A stretch of DNA of 63,984 nucleotides, counting the filler, from Deltaproteobacteria bacterium (GTDB taxonomy: Bacteria > JAUYMQ01), in NCBI GenBank assembly GCA_030698575.1. It is 10 parts of 10 records of this genome, joined end to end, with 100 filler letters (N's around TTAATTAATTAA, not from the genome) between each part and the next. Parts side by side here need not be neighbours in the genome. Positions count along the whole stretch, not along the records: positions 10,120 to 17,622 come from JAUYMQ010000053.1; positions 17,723 to 20,309 come from JAUYMQ010000060.1; positions 20,410 to 27,855 come from JAUYMQ010000061.1; 7 more parts are not named here. One strand, given 5' to 3'. The notes beneath the pieces are model-generated. The model saw nothing but the letters and a program-made list of their open reading frames with translations. It searched no databases and was not told the origin of the DNA. Positions 11,073 to 21,073 of the stretch are shown in pieces; position 1 is the stretch's first letter; every line of letters starts with the position of its first letter. The translations under genes and the position numbers were made by a program.

Positions 11073-12625
11073 TCCGAACGGTTGTCACAGTTGCACTTCT
11101 TCTACTCCCTGCCCTCCTCGCGGCCGCGCCGGCGCACGGCGCCCAGTACTTCACCGAGGCCCTGCTGCAGGTGCCCGGCAATCCGACGACGGTCCTCGTT
11201 ACCGATCTCGACGGCGACGGCCGGAAGGATCTCGCCGTGTTCTATGGCGTCAGCCACGCCACGGAGCTCCGCTACTACGTCCACCTGGCCGTATTCCTGC
11301 AGAAGGACGGCGCGTTCGCGAAGACGCCGGACGTGACAAAGCCGCTTTCCGGCGGCGAGGCGGCGGCATTCCTGGCGGAGACCGACCCGGCTCGCGCCGG
11401 AAAAGAGCTGGTGGTAGCAGGCACGGGAGGCGTTTTCACATGGCGCGTTTCGCGGGCGGGCGCAGCAGCGCGGCTGGTCTCGACGCGCCTTGGGGAAGCC
11501 CGATCGGACTGGTTCGGCCCCGACTGGCGGGGCGTGCGCAACGTCGATCTTGGCAGAGATCTCGATGGCGACGGGCGCGACGAGATCCTCCTCCCCCTGC
11601 GGGGCGCCCTCGAGATTCTCCGGGCCTCCGGGACGGGTCCCTATCTTCCGTCGGACCGGCTCGACGTTTCAATCTTTCGCGAGATGGGTCAGCCGGACGA
11701 TCCAGGCTATATCATCGATTTCATCGATCTCTATCAAATGAAGGTCAGCGAAATTTTCCCCGACATATTCGATGTCGACGTGAACGACGACGGCCTCCGG
11801 GATCTCGTGCTGACCTACAGCAACCTGGCCGCCACCTACCGGCGTCTCCCGGACGGCCGCTTCGAAACGACCCCGACGATCTTCCGGAGTGACCTCTCGC
11901 CGAACCGCGACGTGCTTCGATCCGCCGTACCGCCGAAAATCCTGACGACACAGGCCCAGGATTTCGACGGCGACGGCCGAGCCGACCTGATCATGTCGCG
12001 AAGTGAGGTCCAGGGGATCAAGGGCATCGTGAACATGCAGGTTCATCGGAACAACAAGGGGATCTTCGAGCAGAAGTCATCCTTCAAGCTGCGCGAAGAA
12101 GCGCTGGCGCTGTGGCCCTTGGTGGGCGACTACAATCACGACGGGAAGCTGGACTTCACGTTTCTGCAGACCGATTTCGGCATCAAGGAGATCATCAACT
12201 TCCTTCTCACCAAGCGCGTAACTTTCAACTTCGAATTTTTCCTGTGGCACGGCGACCCGTCGTTTCGGGCCAAGCCCGACCGCCGAAAAAGCATCAGCGT
12301 CAAATTTGATCTCAAGGAGGGGCACCTTTCGGGTTTGCCCATCGTCGACCTCTCGCAGGATTTCAACGGCGACGGCCTGGCCGACTTCTACTCTCCGCGG
12401 GAACGCGAGGCCTTCTCGGTCTATTTCGGGAAGCCCGCCGGAAGCGACGAACTGTTCTCCGGCGATCCGGACATCCACTACAAGGTCCACCAGTCCTTCT
12501 ACCGGCGCTTCGACGATTTCAACGGCGACAGCCGCGCCGATATCGTGTATTGGTACCAGTCGGAGATCGGTCGCAGCGATCTGAACGACAAGATTCTCGT
12601 TCTTACGAGCGCGCCCTCCCCGTAA
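11069..12625 (+). CDS. Secreted FG-GAP/VCBS-repeat protein
   Basis: Signal peptide; about seven DxxGDGxxD-type Ca-binding motifs (DLDGDGRKD, DLDGDGRDE, DVNDDGLRD, DFDGDGRAD, DYNHDGKLD, DFNGDGLAD, DFNGDSRAD). Confidence 0.88.
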   Translation: MIRTVVTVALLLLPALLAAAPAHGAQYFTEALLQVPGNPTTVLVTDLDGDGRKDLAVFYGVSHATELRYYVHLAVFLQKDGAFAKTPDVTKPLSGGEAAAFLAETDPARAGKELVVAGTGGVFTWRVSRAGAAARLVSTRLGEARSDWFGPDWRGVRNVDLGRDLDGDGRDEILLPLRGALEILRASGTGPYLPSDRLDVSIFREMGQPDDPGYIIDFIDLYQMKVSEIFPDIFDVDVNDDGLRDLVLTYSNLAATYRRLPDGRFETTPTIFRSDLSPNRDVLRSAVPPKILTTQAQDFDGDGRADLIMSRSEVQGIKGIVNMQVHRNNKGIFEQKSSFKLREEALALWPLVGDYNHDGKLDFTFLQTDFGIKEIINFLLTKRVTFNFEFFLWHGDPSFRAKPDRRKSISVKFDLKEGHLSGLPIVDLSQDFNGDGLADFYSPREREAFSVYFGKPAGSDELFSGDPDIHYKVHQSFYRRFDDFNGDSRADIVYWYQSEIGRSDLNDKILVLTSAPSP

Positions 12626-12820
12626 TCATCTGATTTTTTTCGTCCTCTCCGGCTTCCCCCCGCCCTGACGCCCACAGAAGCGCTGAACGACGGGAGCATG
12701 GCCGGATGATCGACGGCCGCCTCGCGCGGCTGCCGATTCCCCGCCTCAAGTATCCGGCCCTCTTGTCGATGAGGAATGCGAGCAACAGACGCGTTTTCTC
12801 ATCGCTTCGGGGGGATTCTC

Positions 12821-13057
12821 ATGGGTCCGACGGTCAACGTCGCTGGACACGAGATCGAGGTGGAGTCGCGCTATCGCGTGGAGGTGGACAAGTGGGAGGC
12901 GAACCTTCGTCACCCGGTTCACGGCTTCACGGTGAGCGAGTGGGCCGCCACACCGCAGGAGGCCGCGGTCGCGGCGCGCCGTGCGCTGATCTTCTACGCG
13001 CGCGAGATGGAGCGGATCGTCGGACGTCCGCCGAGGCCACGCTCCCGGGCGGCCTGA
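12821..13057 (+). CDS. Small hypothetical protein, possibly HicB-N-like fold
   Basis: ATG after GGGGGA; segment WAATPQEAAVAARRALIFY resembles the HicB T.EEA...A.EAL..Y helix. Confidence 0.55.
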   Translation: MGPTVNVAGHEIEVESRYRVEVDKWEANLRHPVHGFTVSEWAATPQEAAVAARRALIFYAREMERIVGRPPRPRSRAA

Positions 13058-13073
13058 GCTTGCAGGCTCCAGC

Positions 13074-13119
13074 GGGATTGCCTCGCCGGGCTTGCTCCCC
13101 TCCTCGCAATGACATGCGC
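13074..13119. repeat. Half copy of the GTCATTGCGAG-type REP element
   Basis: GGGATTGCCTCG...CCTCGCAATGACATGCGC between convergent gene ends. Confidence 0.7.
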
Positions 13120-13124
13120 AGCGG

Positions 13125-13913
13125 TCAGCGCCCCGTGAAGCGGGGTTCGCGCTTCTCGATCATGGCGGACACACCCTCGGCAAAGTCCGCCGTCTCGAAA
13201 CACTTCGCCTGCTCGCTGCTCTCGTAATCGAACACCTCTTCCAGTGTCGAGTTGAATCCTCGATAGACGCCCTGCTTCACGCCGCGCACCGCCACCGGCG
13301 CGTTCATCGCGATGCGCGTCGCGACGCGTGACGTTTCCTCGGCCAGCTCGCCGGCGGGCACGGCCCGGTTCACAAGTCCGACTCGCGCCGCCTCGCGCCC
13401 GTCCACCAGCTCGCCGGTGAAGAACAGCTCACAGGCCCGCGCCGTCCCCACGAGCCGCGGCAGGAGGTAGGTGGCGCCCATGCCCGGGTGCAGCCCCAGG
13501 CGCACGAAGTTCATCCCCATCCTGGCGTCTTCGGCAGCAAGCCGGACGTCGCAGGCGAGCGCGAAGCAGAGACCGGCGCCGATGGCGTAGCCGTTGATCG
13601 ACGCGATCGTTGGAAATGGAAGATCGAGGACCGAGAGAAAGCGGCGGTAAAACGAAACCATGGTGGCCTTGTTGTCGTCATGGCTCCCGGCCGACTTGGC
13701 CTGGATCATGTCGAGGCTTCCGCCCGCGCAGAAAGCGCGCCCGGCGCCCGTGAGAACCATCACTCGCAGATCTTCCCGATCCCGGAGTGACCCCACTGCG
13801 CGGAGAAACTCCTCGCCCATCTGCACCGACATCGCGTTGCGCTTCTCGGGCTGATTCAGGGTGACTGTGGCGATGCCGTCCTTCACATCCAGAACGATCG
13901 TTTCGAAGCTCAC
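13125..13913 (-). CDS. Enoyl-CoA hydratase/isomerase family protein
   Basis: LNQPEKRNA, AFCAGG, INGYAIGAG, C-terminal EKREPRFTGR. Confidence 0.93.
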   Translation of the reverse strand: MSFETIVLDVKDGIATVTLNQPEKRNAMSVQMGEEFLRAVGSLRDREDLRVMVLTGAGRAFCAGGSLDMIQAKSAGSHDDNKATMVSFYRRFLSVLDLPFPTIASINGYAIGAGLCFALACDVRLAAEDARMGMNFVRLGLHPGMGATYLLPRLVGTARACELFFTGELVDGREAARVGLVNRAVPAGELAEETSRVATRIAMNAPVAVRGVKQGVYRGFNSTLEEVFDYESSEQAKCFETADFAEGVSAMIEKREPRFTGR

Positions 13914-14079
13914 GTCAATCCTCGCTGATTTCCGGCCTCGCTTCTAACCGGCAGGCGGGGGCCGTGGCCTTGACGCCCGCGCCGGCAGGGCCTAACTTTC
14001 CCGCGCCATTCAGGGTTTCGGTAGTCATCGCACTGAGGGTAAGAAAAGCCCGGGCCACCGGGCGGGGGTTGCCTCCACC

Positions 14080-14991
14080 ATGGCCTCGAAGGCCGCGCCG
14101 CGCCAGATCGTTCCCATCGGAAACCTGTCCGTGCTTCACGGCGACAACTGGGGGAAGTTTCCCCTGGTCAACTCGCTCTTCCTGCGCGGGCCCGTGCGCG
14201 TGGTGGTCGATCCCGGCTCGAACATCGAGTTCTTCGAGGAGATCCTTCGCGAGGGCCCCGTCCAGATCCTTCTGAACACCCACTATCACGGTGACCACAC
14301 CAGGCACAACCGGCTGTTCTCGGAATCGGCCCTTCACGTGTCAGAGGCCGACGCGCCCGTTTATCACTCGCTCGACAACCTTGCCGCCTACATCGGGCGC
14401 AAGGGAAGGTACGACGAGGATATGTGGCGCCAGATGGCCGTGGAGGAGCGGGGCTACACTCCGAGATCGGTCGACGTGGCCTATCGCGACGGCGAAGTGT
14501 ATCGCTTCGGCGAGACGACGGTCGAGATCGTCCAGGCGCCGGGGCACACACCTGGTCACTCCTGCCTCCTGTTTCGGGAGCTTTCAGCCATCTATCTGGC
14601 AGACATCGATCTGACGCGCTTCGGCCCCTGGTACGGGAATGCGGCCAGCGACATCGATCTGTTCCTGGAGTCGATCGAGCGCGTGAGCAGAATTCAGGCC
14701 GACTGGTACATCCCGGCCCACGGTCCGATCATTCCGGGCGATCGCATCTCCGGTCGCTTCGAGGCCTTCGCGAAGGTGATCCACGATCGCGAGGAGCGGA
14801 TCCTCGAATTGCTCCGTGAGCCGCACACCGTTGCCGGGATCGTAGCCACTCACCCGATCTACCGGCGCCAGTTCGAGCCAAAGGATGTATTCGACTTCAT
14901 GGAAGAGATGATGGTGGTGAACCATTTGCGCCGCTCGCTCCGCCTGCAGCAGATCGATGCCATCGAGGAAGGACGCTACCGGGCGCGCTGA
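14080..14991 (+). CDS. Metallo-beta-lactamase-fold hydrolase
   Basis: THYHGDH, PGHTPGH, PAHG motifs. Confidence 0.9.
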   Translation: MASKAAPRQIVPIGNLSVLHGDNWGKFPLVNSLFLRGPVRVVVDPGSNIEFFEEILREGPVQILLNTHYHGDHTRHNRLFSESALHVSEADAPVYHSLDNLAAYIGRKGRYDEDMWRQMAVEERGYTPRSVDVAYRDGEVYRFGETTVEIVQAPGHTPGHSCLLFRELSAIYLADIDLTRFGPWYGNAASDIDLFLESIERVSRIQADWYIPAHGPIIPGDRISGRFEAFAKVIHDREERILELLREPHTVAGIVATHPIYRRQFEPKDVFDFMEEMMVVNHLRRSLRLQQIDAIEEGRYRAR

Positions 14992-15011
14992 GCGACGGGA
15001 GGGAAGCCGGC

Positions 15012-15389
15012 ATGAAGCTCATTCACACCTGCATCCGTGTTTATGATCTCGAGAAGTCGCTCGATTTCTACGTGAACAAGCTCGGCTTCGAGCTGAAGCG
15101 GAAGTTCGAGCTTCCGGGGGCCGACGCGACGCTCGCATACGTGAGCCCGCCAGGCCAGGATTACGAGATAGAGCTGACCTACAACCACGGCCGGGGTTTC
15201 GCCTACACCGTCGGCAACGGCTACGCCCACATGGCGATCGAAGTGGACGACATCGACAAGGTCTATCAGGACTGGTCCGCGAAGGGGGTCTTCTTCAGGA
15301 AGCCGCCCGGAAAGATCGGCTCGGGTTCACGCATCGCCTTCGCCCTGGATCCCGACGGCTACAATCTCGAGCTGATCGGCCGCAAGTAA
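15012..15389 (+). CDS. gloA: Lactoylglutathione lyase (glyoxalase I / VOC family)
   Basis: HTCIRVYDLEKSLDFY, ELTYN, GYAHMAI, DPDGYNLELI. Confidence 0.85.
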   Translation: MKLIHTCIRVYDLEKSLDFYVNKLGFELKRKFELPGADATLAYVSPPGQDYEIELTYNHGRGFAYTVGNGYAHMAIEVDDIDKVYQDWSAKGVFFRKPPGKIGSGSRIAFALDPDGYNLELIGRK

Positions 15390-15398
15390 AGCCGCCCT

Positions 15399-16700
15399 TT
15401 GGATACGATTCCCAAGGACACGAAGGAAAACGGAGAAACCGACGCGGTGCCGCCCCCCGCGGTGCCGGGAGAGGCGGTCGGGCCGGCGGCTCCGCGGCCG
15501 ATCGGCGGCCAGACCTTTCGCACGCTCCGCATCAAAAATTTCCGCCTGCTCTTCAGCGGCACGATCATCTCGCAGACCGGTGATTTCCTTCAACTCACCG
15601 CCCAGGGCTGGCTCGTTCTCGTTTTGACGGGCTCTCCCCTCTCGCTCGGTATCGTCGGCTTCGCCCAGGCCGTGCCCAGGCTCGCGCTCGCGCCGTTGAT
15701 GGGAAAACTCGCCGACCGCTTCGACCGCCGCAAGCTTCTCCTCATCGCGCAGGGCGGCTTCCTTCTGCAAACCCTGGTCTTCGCAACACTCGTCGCAACC
15801 AAGGCGATCACCTTCGCGCAGATCGTCGTGCTGACAGTCATCTGGGGGGTGCTGAACGGCATCAACCACACGGCGCGGCAGTCGCTCATCCCCAACATCG
15901 TTCCGAAGAAGGACATAACGAGCGCTATCGCCCTTCACTCCGCGGCCTTCAACCTGACGCGCGCGATCGGGCCGGCGGTGGGGGGCACGCTCGTTGCCTG
16001 GCTGGGCGTAGCGGGCTGTCTGTGGATCAACGCGGTGAGTTTCGCACCGATGTTCTGGATGCTGCTCGCAATGGACGTGCCGCGGACTGAGCGGAAGCGG
16101 GGGGACGGCGACCAGCGGTTCAGGCAGGCGATTCGCTTTGTCTGGAGTGAGCCGGATGTGCGTCAGGCCGTGGGGCTGACCTTTGCCGTGGCGTTCTTCG
16201 CGCTAGGCTATGCGCGGCTCGCGCCCGCGTTCGCCCGCGACATCTTTGGCGGCGGCCCGGGCACCTTCGGGCTCCTCATGGCGGCGCCCGGCATCGGGGC
16301 GCTCGCAAGCACCCTGACGCTGGCGCGCTTCGGGAACGCCCGCGCCGTTCCGCGCATCCTTCCGCTGGTCACGCTGGGGCTCGCGCTGGCGCTGGGTGGG
16401 TTCGCCGCCTCGCCGACACTCGGGATCGCCATCCTCTTCCTCGTGCTCCTCGGCGCTCTGCACCTTGCGCAGCGCACACTGGCATCGTCGCTCGTCCAGA
16501 CGCGCACCCCCGACGCACTCCGGGGCCGCGTGACAAGCCTCTTTCAGATCGACGTGGGGCTCTGGTCGCTCGGAACGCTGGGGATGGGTGGGCTTGCAGA
16601 AGCAGCGGGACTGCGTACGGCGGTCGGGATCGGCGCGATGCTCTGCGGGGCCGTCGCTCTGGCGGCGCTGTTCAGGGCCCTCGGGCGCGTCAGGAAGTGA
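15399..16700 (+). CDS. MFS transporter
   Basis: About 12 hydrophobic segments; GKLADRFDRRK motif A; LRGRVTS. Confidence 0.9.
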   Translation: MDTIPKDTKENGETDAVPPPAVPGEAVGPAAPRPIGGQTFRTLRIKNFRLLFSGTIISQTGDFLQLTAQGWLVLVLTGSPLSLGIVGFAQAVPRLALAPLMGKLADRFDRRKLLLIAQGGFLLQTLVFATLVATKAITFAQIVVLTVIWGVLNGINHTARQSLIPNIVPKKDITSAIALHSAAFNLTRAIGPAVGGTLVAWLGVAGCLWINAVSFAPMFWMLLAMDVPRTERKRGDGDQRFRQAIRFVWSEPDVRQAVGLTFAVAFFALGYARLAPAFARDIFGGGPGTFGLLMAAPGIGALASTLTLARFGNARAVPRILPLVTLGLALALGGFAASPTLGIAILFLVLLGALHLAQRTLASSLVQTRTPDALRGRVTSLFQIDVGLWSLGTLGMGGLAEAAGLRTAVGIGAMLCGAVALAALFRALGRVRK

Positions 16701-16709
16701 GAGTCCTGG

Positions 16710-17622
16710 TCAGCGCTTGCCGGCGCGCTTGCGCTCGTTCTCGGTGAGGAGCTTCTTGCGGGCGCGGATCGACTTCGGGGTCACTTCGACGAGTTCGTCG
16801 TCGGCAATGAACTCCAGCGCCCCCTCGAGAGTGAGTAGCCGGGGCGGCGTGAGCCGCAGTGCGTCGTCGGCGCCGCTCGAGCGCATGTTGGTGAGCTTCT
16901 TCGTGCGAGTGGGATTGACCTCGATGTCCTGCCCCTTGGCGTGGATGCCGATGATCTGCCCCGCGTAGACGGCCACGCCGGGCCCCACAATCAGCGCGCC
17001 GCGCTCCTGGAGCCCGTACAGCCCGTAAATTACCGTCTCTCCCTGGCGGTCGCAGATCTGCACGCCGTAGGTCCGCTGGGCGATCTCTCCCTTCCAGGGC
17101 TCGTACCCCTTGAAGATCGCGTACAGCACCCCCTCGCCCCGCGTCTCCACCAGGAACTCCGTCCGGAAGCCGATGAGCCCTCGCGCCGGAATTTCGTAGT
17201 CGATCCGCACGCGCCCCTCGGGCCGCTTGGCCATGTGGACCATGCGGCCGCGGCGGGTGTTGAGCTTTTCGATGATGCTCCCGCTCATCGCCTCGGGCAG
17301 CTCGATGACGACGTCCTCGATCGGCTCCTGGAGAACGCCGTCGATCTGGCGCGTGATCACCTCGGGGCGCGAGACCTGCATCTCGTACCCCTCTCGCCTC
17401 ATCGTCTCGATGAGAATGGCCAGATGCAGCTCGCCTCGCCCGCTGACCTTGAAGATGTCCGGCGCGTCGGTCTTCTCGACGCGCAGGCTCACGTTGGTCC
17501 GCAGCTCGCGGAAAAGGCGGTCGCGAAGCTGCCGCGAGGTGCAATAGCGCCCCTCGCGCCCGGCGAAGGGCGACGCGTTCACGCTGAAGGTCATCTTGAT
17601 GGTCGGCGGGCTGATCTCGATG
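16710..17622 (-). CDS. typA: Translational GTPase TypA/BipA (C-terminal part)
   Basis: VSGRGELHLAILIETMRREGYE, KKLTNMRSSG, ELVEVTPKSIR. Confidence 0.96.
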
Positions 17623-17722
17623 NNNNNNNNNNNNNNNNNNNNNNNNNNNNNNNNNNNNNNNNNNNNTTAATTAATTAANNNNNNNNNNNNNNNNNNNNNN
17701 NNNNNNNNNNNNNNNNNNNNNN

Positions 17723-18059
17723 CTTCGGCGTGGCCGGTGCGGCCATGGTCGACCGGGGCGATCCCGATCTGCGCCTCGCCTGGCCCAGCGGCGACTGGGG
17801 TTCGCTCCCGCTGGAGGGGGGAATCGAAGCGGCCTTCAGGCGCCAGCTTGCCGAGGCCGCCGACCCGGAGGCGCTGCGAAAAAAGATCCTCGACAGCCTC
17901 GAGGCCGTCCGCTCGCCGCTCCGGACCGCCGAGAGCTTTCTCATCGAGGAGATCATCGACCCGCGCGAGACCCGGCCCCTCCTGTGCGAATGGGCCGGCC
18001 TGGCCTACGCCACCCTCCCCCACCGCCTGGGGCCCCCGGCAACGCCCTACCGCCCGTAG
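17723..18059 (+). CDS. Acyl-CoA carboxylase carboxyltransferase, C-terminal fragment
   Basis: AWPSGDWGSLPLEGG and EEIIDPRETR motifs. Confidence 0.8.
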
Positions 18060-18196
18060 ATTTAATTCCTCTTGTTAAACGCCCCTTTGTGGCGGATTCT
18101 TCTTTTTTAGGTTGACTCCGCCGCGTGAACATGGAAAAGTCCCTCCTCTTTTCCGCCTCTCGTGCTTCCCCCCCAGTGTCACGCTTGGAGTCCCTT

Positions 18197-18856
18197 ATGC
18201 AGGCGAAGATCCTTGCCGCCGCGCTGGTGGCGTGTCTGGCCGTTCCGCTGCTCATCGCTCCCCGCCCGGCCTGGGCCGGCCCGCAGGGAAAGGTCCTGGT
18301 CATCAACACCGATTCCGATACCGTCACGCTCATCGACGCCCGCAAGCCGGAGGTCGTCATGGACATCCGCGTCGGGGATCGGCCGACCAAACTGGCCATG
18401 AACGTGAAGCAGACCATGGCCTACGTGATCAACATCGGTTCGAATGACCTGTCCATCATCGACTTGAGAAACCTTACGGTCCTCGACGTGCCACTCGGCT
18501 TCGAACCGGTGGACGTCGCCGCCACCCCCGACGGAAAGATGGTGCTGATCCTGCACAAGGATCGCAGTCTGGCTCCGGGGGGAAAGGACTTCGAAGGGGA
18601 CTACTCGATCTATGACGTGAAGAAGGGGGAGCTGGCCACGAACTATCTCTACGGATCGGGCGGCGGGGCGGATCCCGATGCCTGCGCTATGGCGGTGGAT
18701 GCAACCGGGAAGTTCGCGTGGATCACGAGCTGCGCCGACGACACGGTGGTCATGATCGAACTGAAGAAGGCCCTGGACGACAATTCAGGCGACGAGGTGA
18801 AAGCGATCCTCGACACGCAGGACGACCCGAGCTTCGTGGCGGTGACCGCAAAGTGA
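18197..18856 (+). CDS. Secreted YVTN/YncE-like beta-propeller repeat protein
   Basis: Signal peptide; VINTDSDTVTLID, VGDRP, YVINIGSNDLSIID, TPDGK. Confidence 0.8.
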   Translation: MQAKILAAALVACLAVPLLIAPRPAWAGPQGKVLVINTDSDTVTLIDARKPEVVMDIRVGDRPTKLAMNVKQTMAYVINIGSNDLSIIDLRNLTVLDVPLGFEPVDVAATPDGKMVLILHKDRSLAPGGKDFEGDYSIYDVKKGELATNYLYGSGGGADPDACAMAVDATGKFAWITSCADDTVVMIELKKALDDNSGDEVKAILDTQDDPSFVAVTAK

Positions 18857-18875
18857 GAAGCGAACCGGTAGCGCT

Positions 18876-18903
18876 GAAAGCCCCGGCCCCTGCCGGGGCT
18901 TTC
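18876..18903. terminator. Hairpin terminator between convergent genes
   Basis: GAAAGCCCCGGC-CCCT-GCCGGGGCTTTC. Confidence 0.75.
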
Positions 18904-18920
18904 GCTTTCGGCGAGCGCCG

Positions 18921-19808
18921 CTAGAAGGCTGTCTGATCCAGGACCGCGCCGAAGGCAGCGAGCAGGGCCTCCCGCTCTTTCTTCGACATGGGCTCGTACT
19001 GCTTGGCGGGCCGCTCCCACCACGGCCCCATCGATTGGGGTGACGGGGCGATAACCCCCCTGGCCGCCACGATGGCGTCGTAAGCCTTCCGATCACCGAC
19101 CGTCACGTAGACCGGCCCCCCGCTCTTGGGATCAAGCTGTCGCACCTCGATAATACGGCCGTCCCTGGACCAGCCGCTGCGCGAGACGTCGGTCTTGCCC
19201 GAACCGAAGCGCGCCTCGACGAACTGATCGTAGTCCGGCTTGCCGTAGCGCTTCGTCGCCGCTTCCACGTAATCCTCGACAATCGTTCGCTCGAACCGAT
19301 CAGCCAGCTTCCAGCGGATGTTGTAAACCTTCCCCGCGAACAGATCGTACTCGACCTCCGCCACATCCCCGCCCGAAAGCTTCCGGACGAGCCTCTGCTG
19401 CCCTTCGTAGGGATTCAGCGCGGGGACAGGCTCGGCCTCCTCCCCTTCACCCGGCAACTGCCGGGCGCGCATCTTCTCTTCCATGAAGGCGTAGCCGGGG
19501 TGCTTCTTCACCTCCAGGGGGGCCGGGCGTAGCGCCTCGCCGAATGATGCGCGTAACGCCTTTTCGGTCGCTCCCAGGCGCACCGGATCAACGCCCTTCG
19601 CCGCGCTCTCCCCTGCTCCCGGTTCCGTGATGGACGCGGCCGTCGGAGCCGCGCCGTCAGGTTCAGCCTCGGCGGATCCGGCCTTCTCCTCAGGGGGCGC
19701 CACCGCTTCCTTGACCTCTTCCGCCGCCGGGGGCGCCGCGGCATCCGCCGTCGACGCGGGGGCCGCCAGCACGGAGAGCAGGATCAACCAGGCTGCAACG
19801 ATACGCAT
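18921..19808 (-). CDS. Secreted hypothetical protein
   Basis: Signal peptide, Ala/Pro/Glu linker, then a globular domain I do not recognise. Confidence 0.7.
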   Translation of the reverse strand: MRIVAAWLILLSVLAAPASTADAAAPPAAEEVKEAVAPPEEKAGSAEAEPDGAAPTAASITEPGAGESAAKGVDPVRLGATEKALRASFGEALRPAPLEVKKHPGYAFMEEKMRARQLPGEGEEAEPVPALNPYEGQQRLVRKLSGGDVAEVEYDLFAGKVYNIRWKLADRFERTIVEDYVEAATKRYGKPDYDQFVEARFGSGKTDVSRSGWSRDGRIIEVRQLDPKSGGPVYVTVGDRKAYDAIVAARGVIAPSPQSMGPWWERPAKQYEPMSKKEREALLAAFGAVLDQTAF

Positions 19809-19855
19809 GAACGCGCTCCTCTTCTTTTCTGTTTTTGGCGAGGTGACTCTAACAG

Positions 19856-19894
19856 AAAAAACGCCCCCGCGGAGATGCCGCGGGGGCGCCTTTT
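19856..19894 (-). terminator. Intrinsic terminator (possibly bidirectional)
   Basis: CGCCCCCGCGG/CCGCGGGGGCG stem flanked by an A-run and a T-run. Confidence 0.75.
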
Positions 19895-19927
19895 ATTCAC
19901 GGCCTCGCGGCCGCGACTGGCTGAGGG

Positions 19928-20309
19928 TTACAGACCCGGCGGGACGTATCCGCCACCGTCACGGTCGACGAAGATCGGGTTCGTGTAGCCTAGCGGCACG
20001 ACGCCGTCTTCGATCGTCTGCACGGTCGCGAGCAGCGCCGGGTTCACCGGCGCCCCCGTCGCGGTGATCTTCACGCCTGCTTCCACGGTGAAGTAGGAGT
20101 CGGCGTCGATCCCCTCGAGGTTGATGGTCTTGTTGAAGCGGTTGACATGGCCCAGGATCTTGCTCGACAGGATCGGCAGCGTCTGGATGAGCGTGCCGTT
20201 CCGGAAGATCCGGACCTCTTCAACAGGGATCCAGGGAGCAGCCTCGACGCTGATCTTGAGGCCGAGCTTGGTGTTGGTGTTGACCACCGTCTCGCCAAGG
20301 CCCTGGAAC
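19928..20309 (-). CDS. C-terminal fragment of a CehA/McbA-like metallohydrolase
   Basis: AAPWIPVEEVRIFRNG...YTNPIFVDRDGGGYVPPG resembles the C-terminus of this family (recognised from memory). Confidence 0.65.
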
Positions 20310-20671
20310 NNNNNNNNNNNNNNNNNNNNNNNNNNNNNNNNNNNNNNNNNNNNTTAATTAATTAANNNNNNNNNNNNNNNNNNNNNNNNNNNNNNNNNNN
20401 NNNNNNNNNGTCATCGCGAGCCGGTCGTGGAGGGTTGGCTGTGATTCGAACGCTCTGGAGGAACTGCAAGATTCGTGCGCGTGTCCAATCTTGCTGCACC
20501 TGCCCGCCGTCAAAGGCCTTTTTCACAGCCGTCCTTTTCGGACGGGGTTCCCCAGGGAACTTTTTTCCCCAGAATGTGTAAAACTTTTCTCGCTTGCTCC
20601 GCCCTTCCCCCTTCCGCTAGAGTCGCACCATCGGCCGCCAACTTCTGGTGCGCCCTTCCCGGACTCCGCTC

Positions 20672-21001
20672 ATGATGGTCGGATACCTCGCCGCATTTTT
20701 TCTCGCAGTCTTCCTCCTGGCTCTTGGCCTCTCTGCGATCTTCCTTTCCTGGCGCGAACGAACCGATCGCGCGAAAGCGATCGATCGCGACGGCCCTAGC
20801 GCGCGCCGCCCGCTTCCCCTCACGCCGGAGAAACGCGTCTCCAACGCGCTGTCGGATTTCGAGCGATCTGTCCTGCGGGACGTCTACGGGCTGAGCGAGG
20901 AGGAAATCTGCTTCTCCGAGGCGTTGCTTCACTACCGTGACAAACGGGGGCACACCTACGTGACGAGCGACGAAAGGCCCGACGGCTTCTTTCAATGCTA
21001 A
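20672..21001 (+). CDS. Small hypothetical membrane protein
   Basis: N-terminal TM helix followed by a short soluble domain. Confidence 0.5.
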   Translation: MMVGYLAAFFLAVFLLALGLSAIFLSWRERTDRAKAIDRDGPSARRPLPLTPEKRVSNALSDFERSVLRDVYGLSEEEICFSEALLHYRDKRGHTYVTSDERPDGFFQC

Positions 21002-21073
21002 AACCGGCCTCGCGCAAAAAGCATCGCCGCCACGCGGGGCGCCGTTTCGATTCCTGGCAACTCGGGAGGAGGC

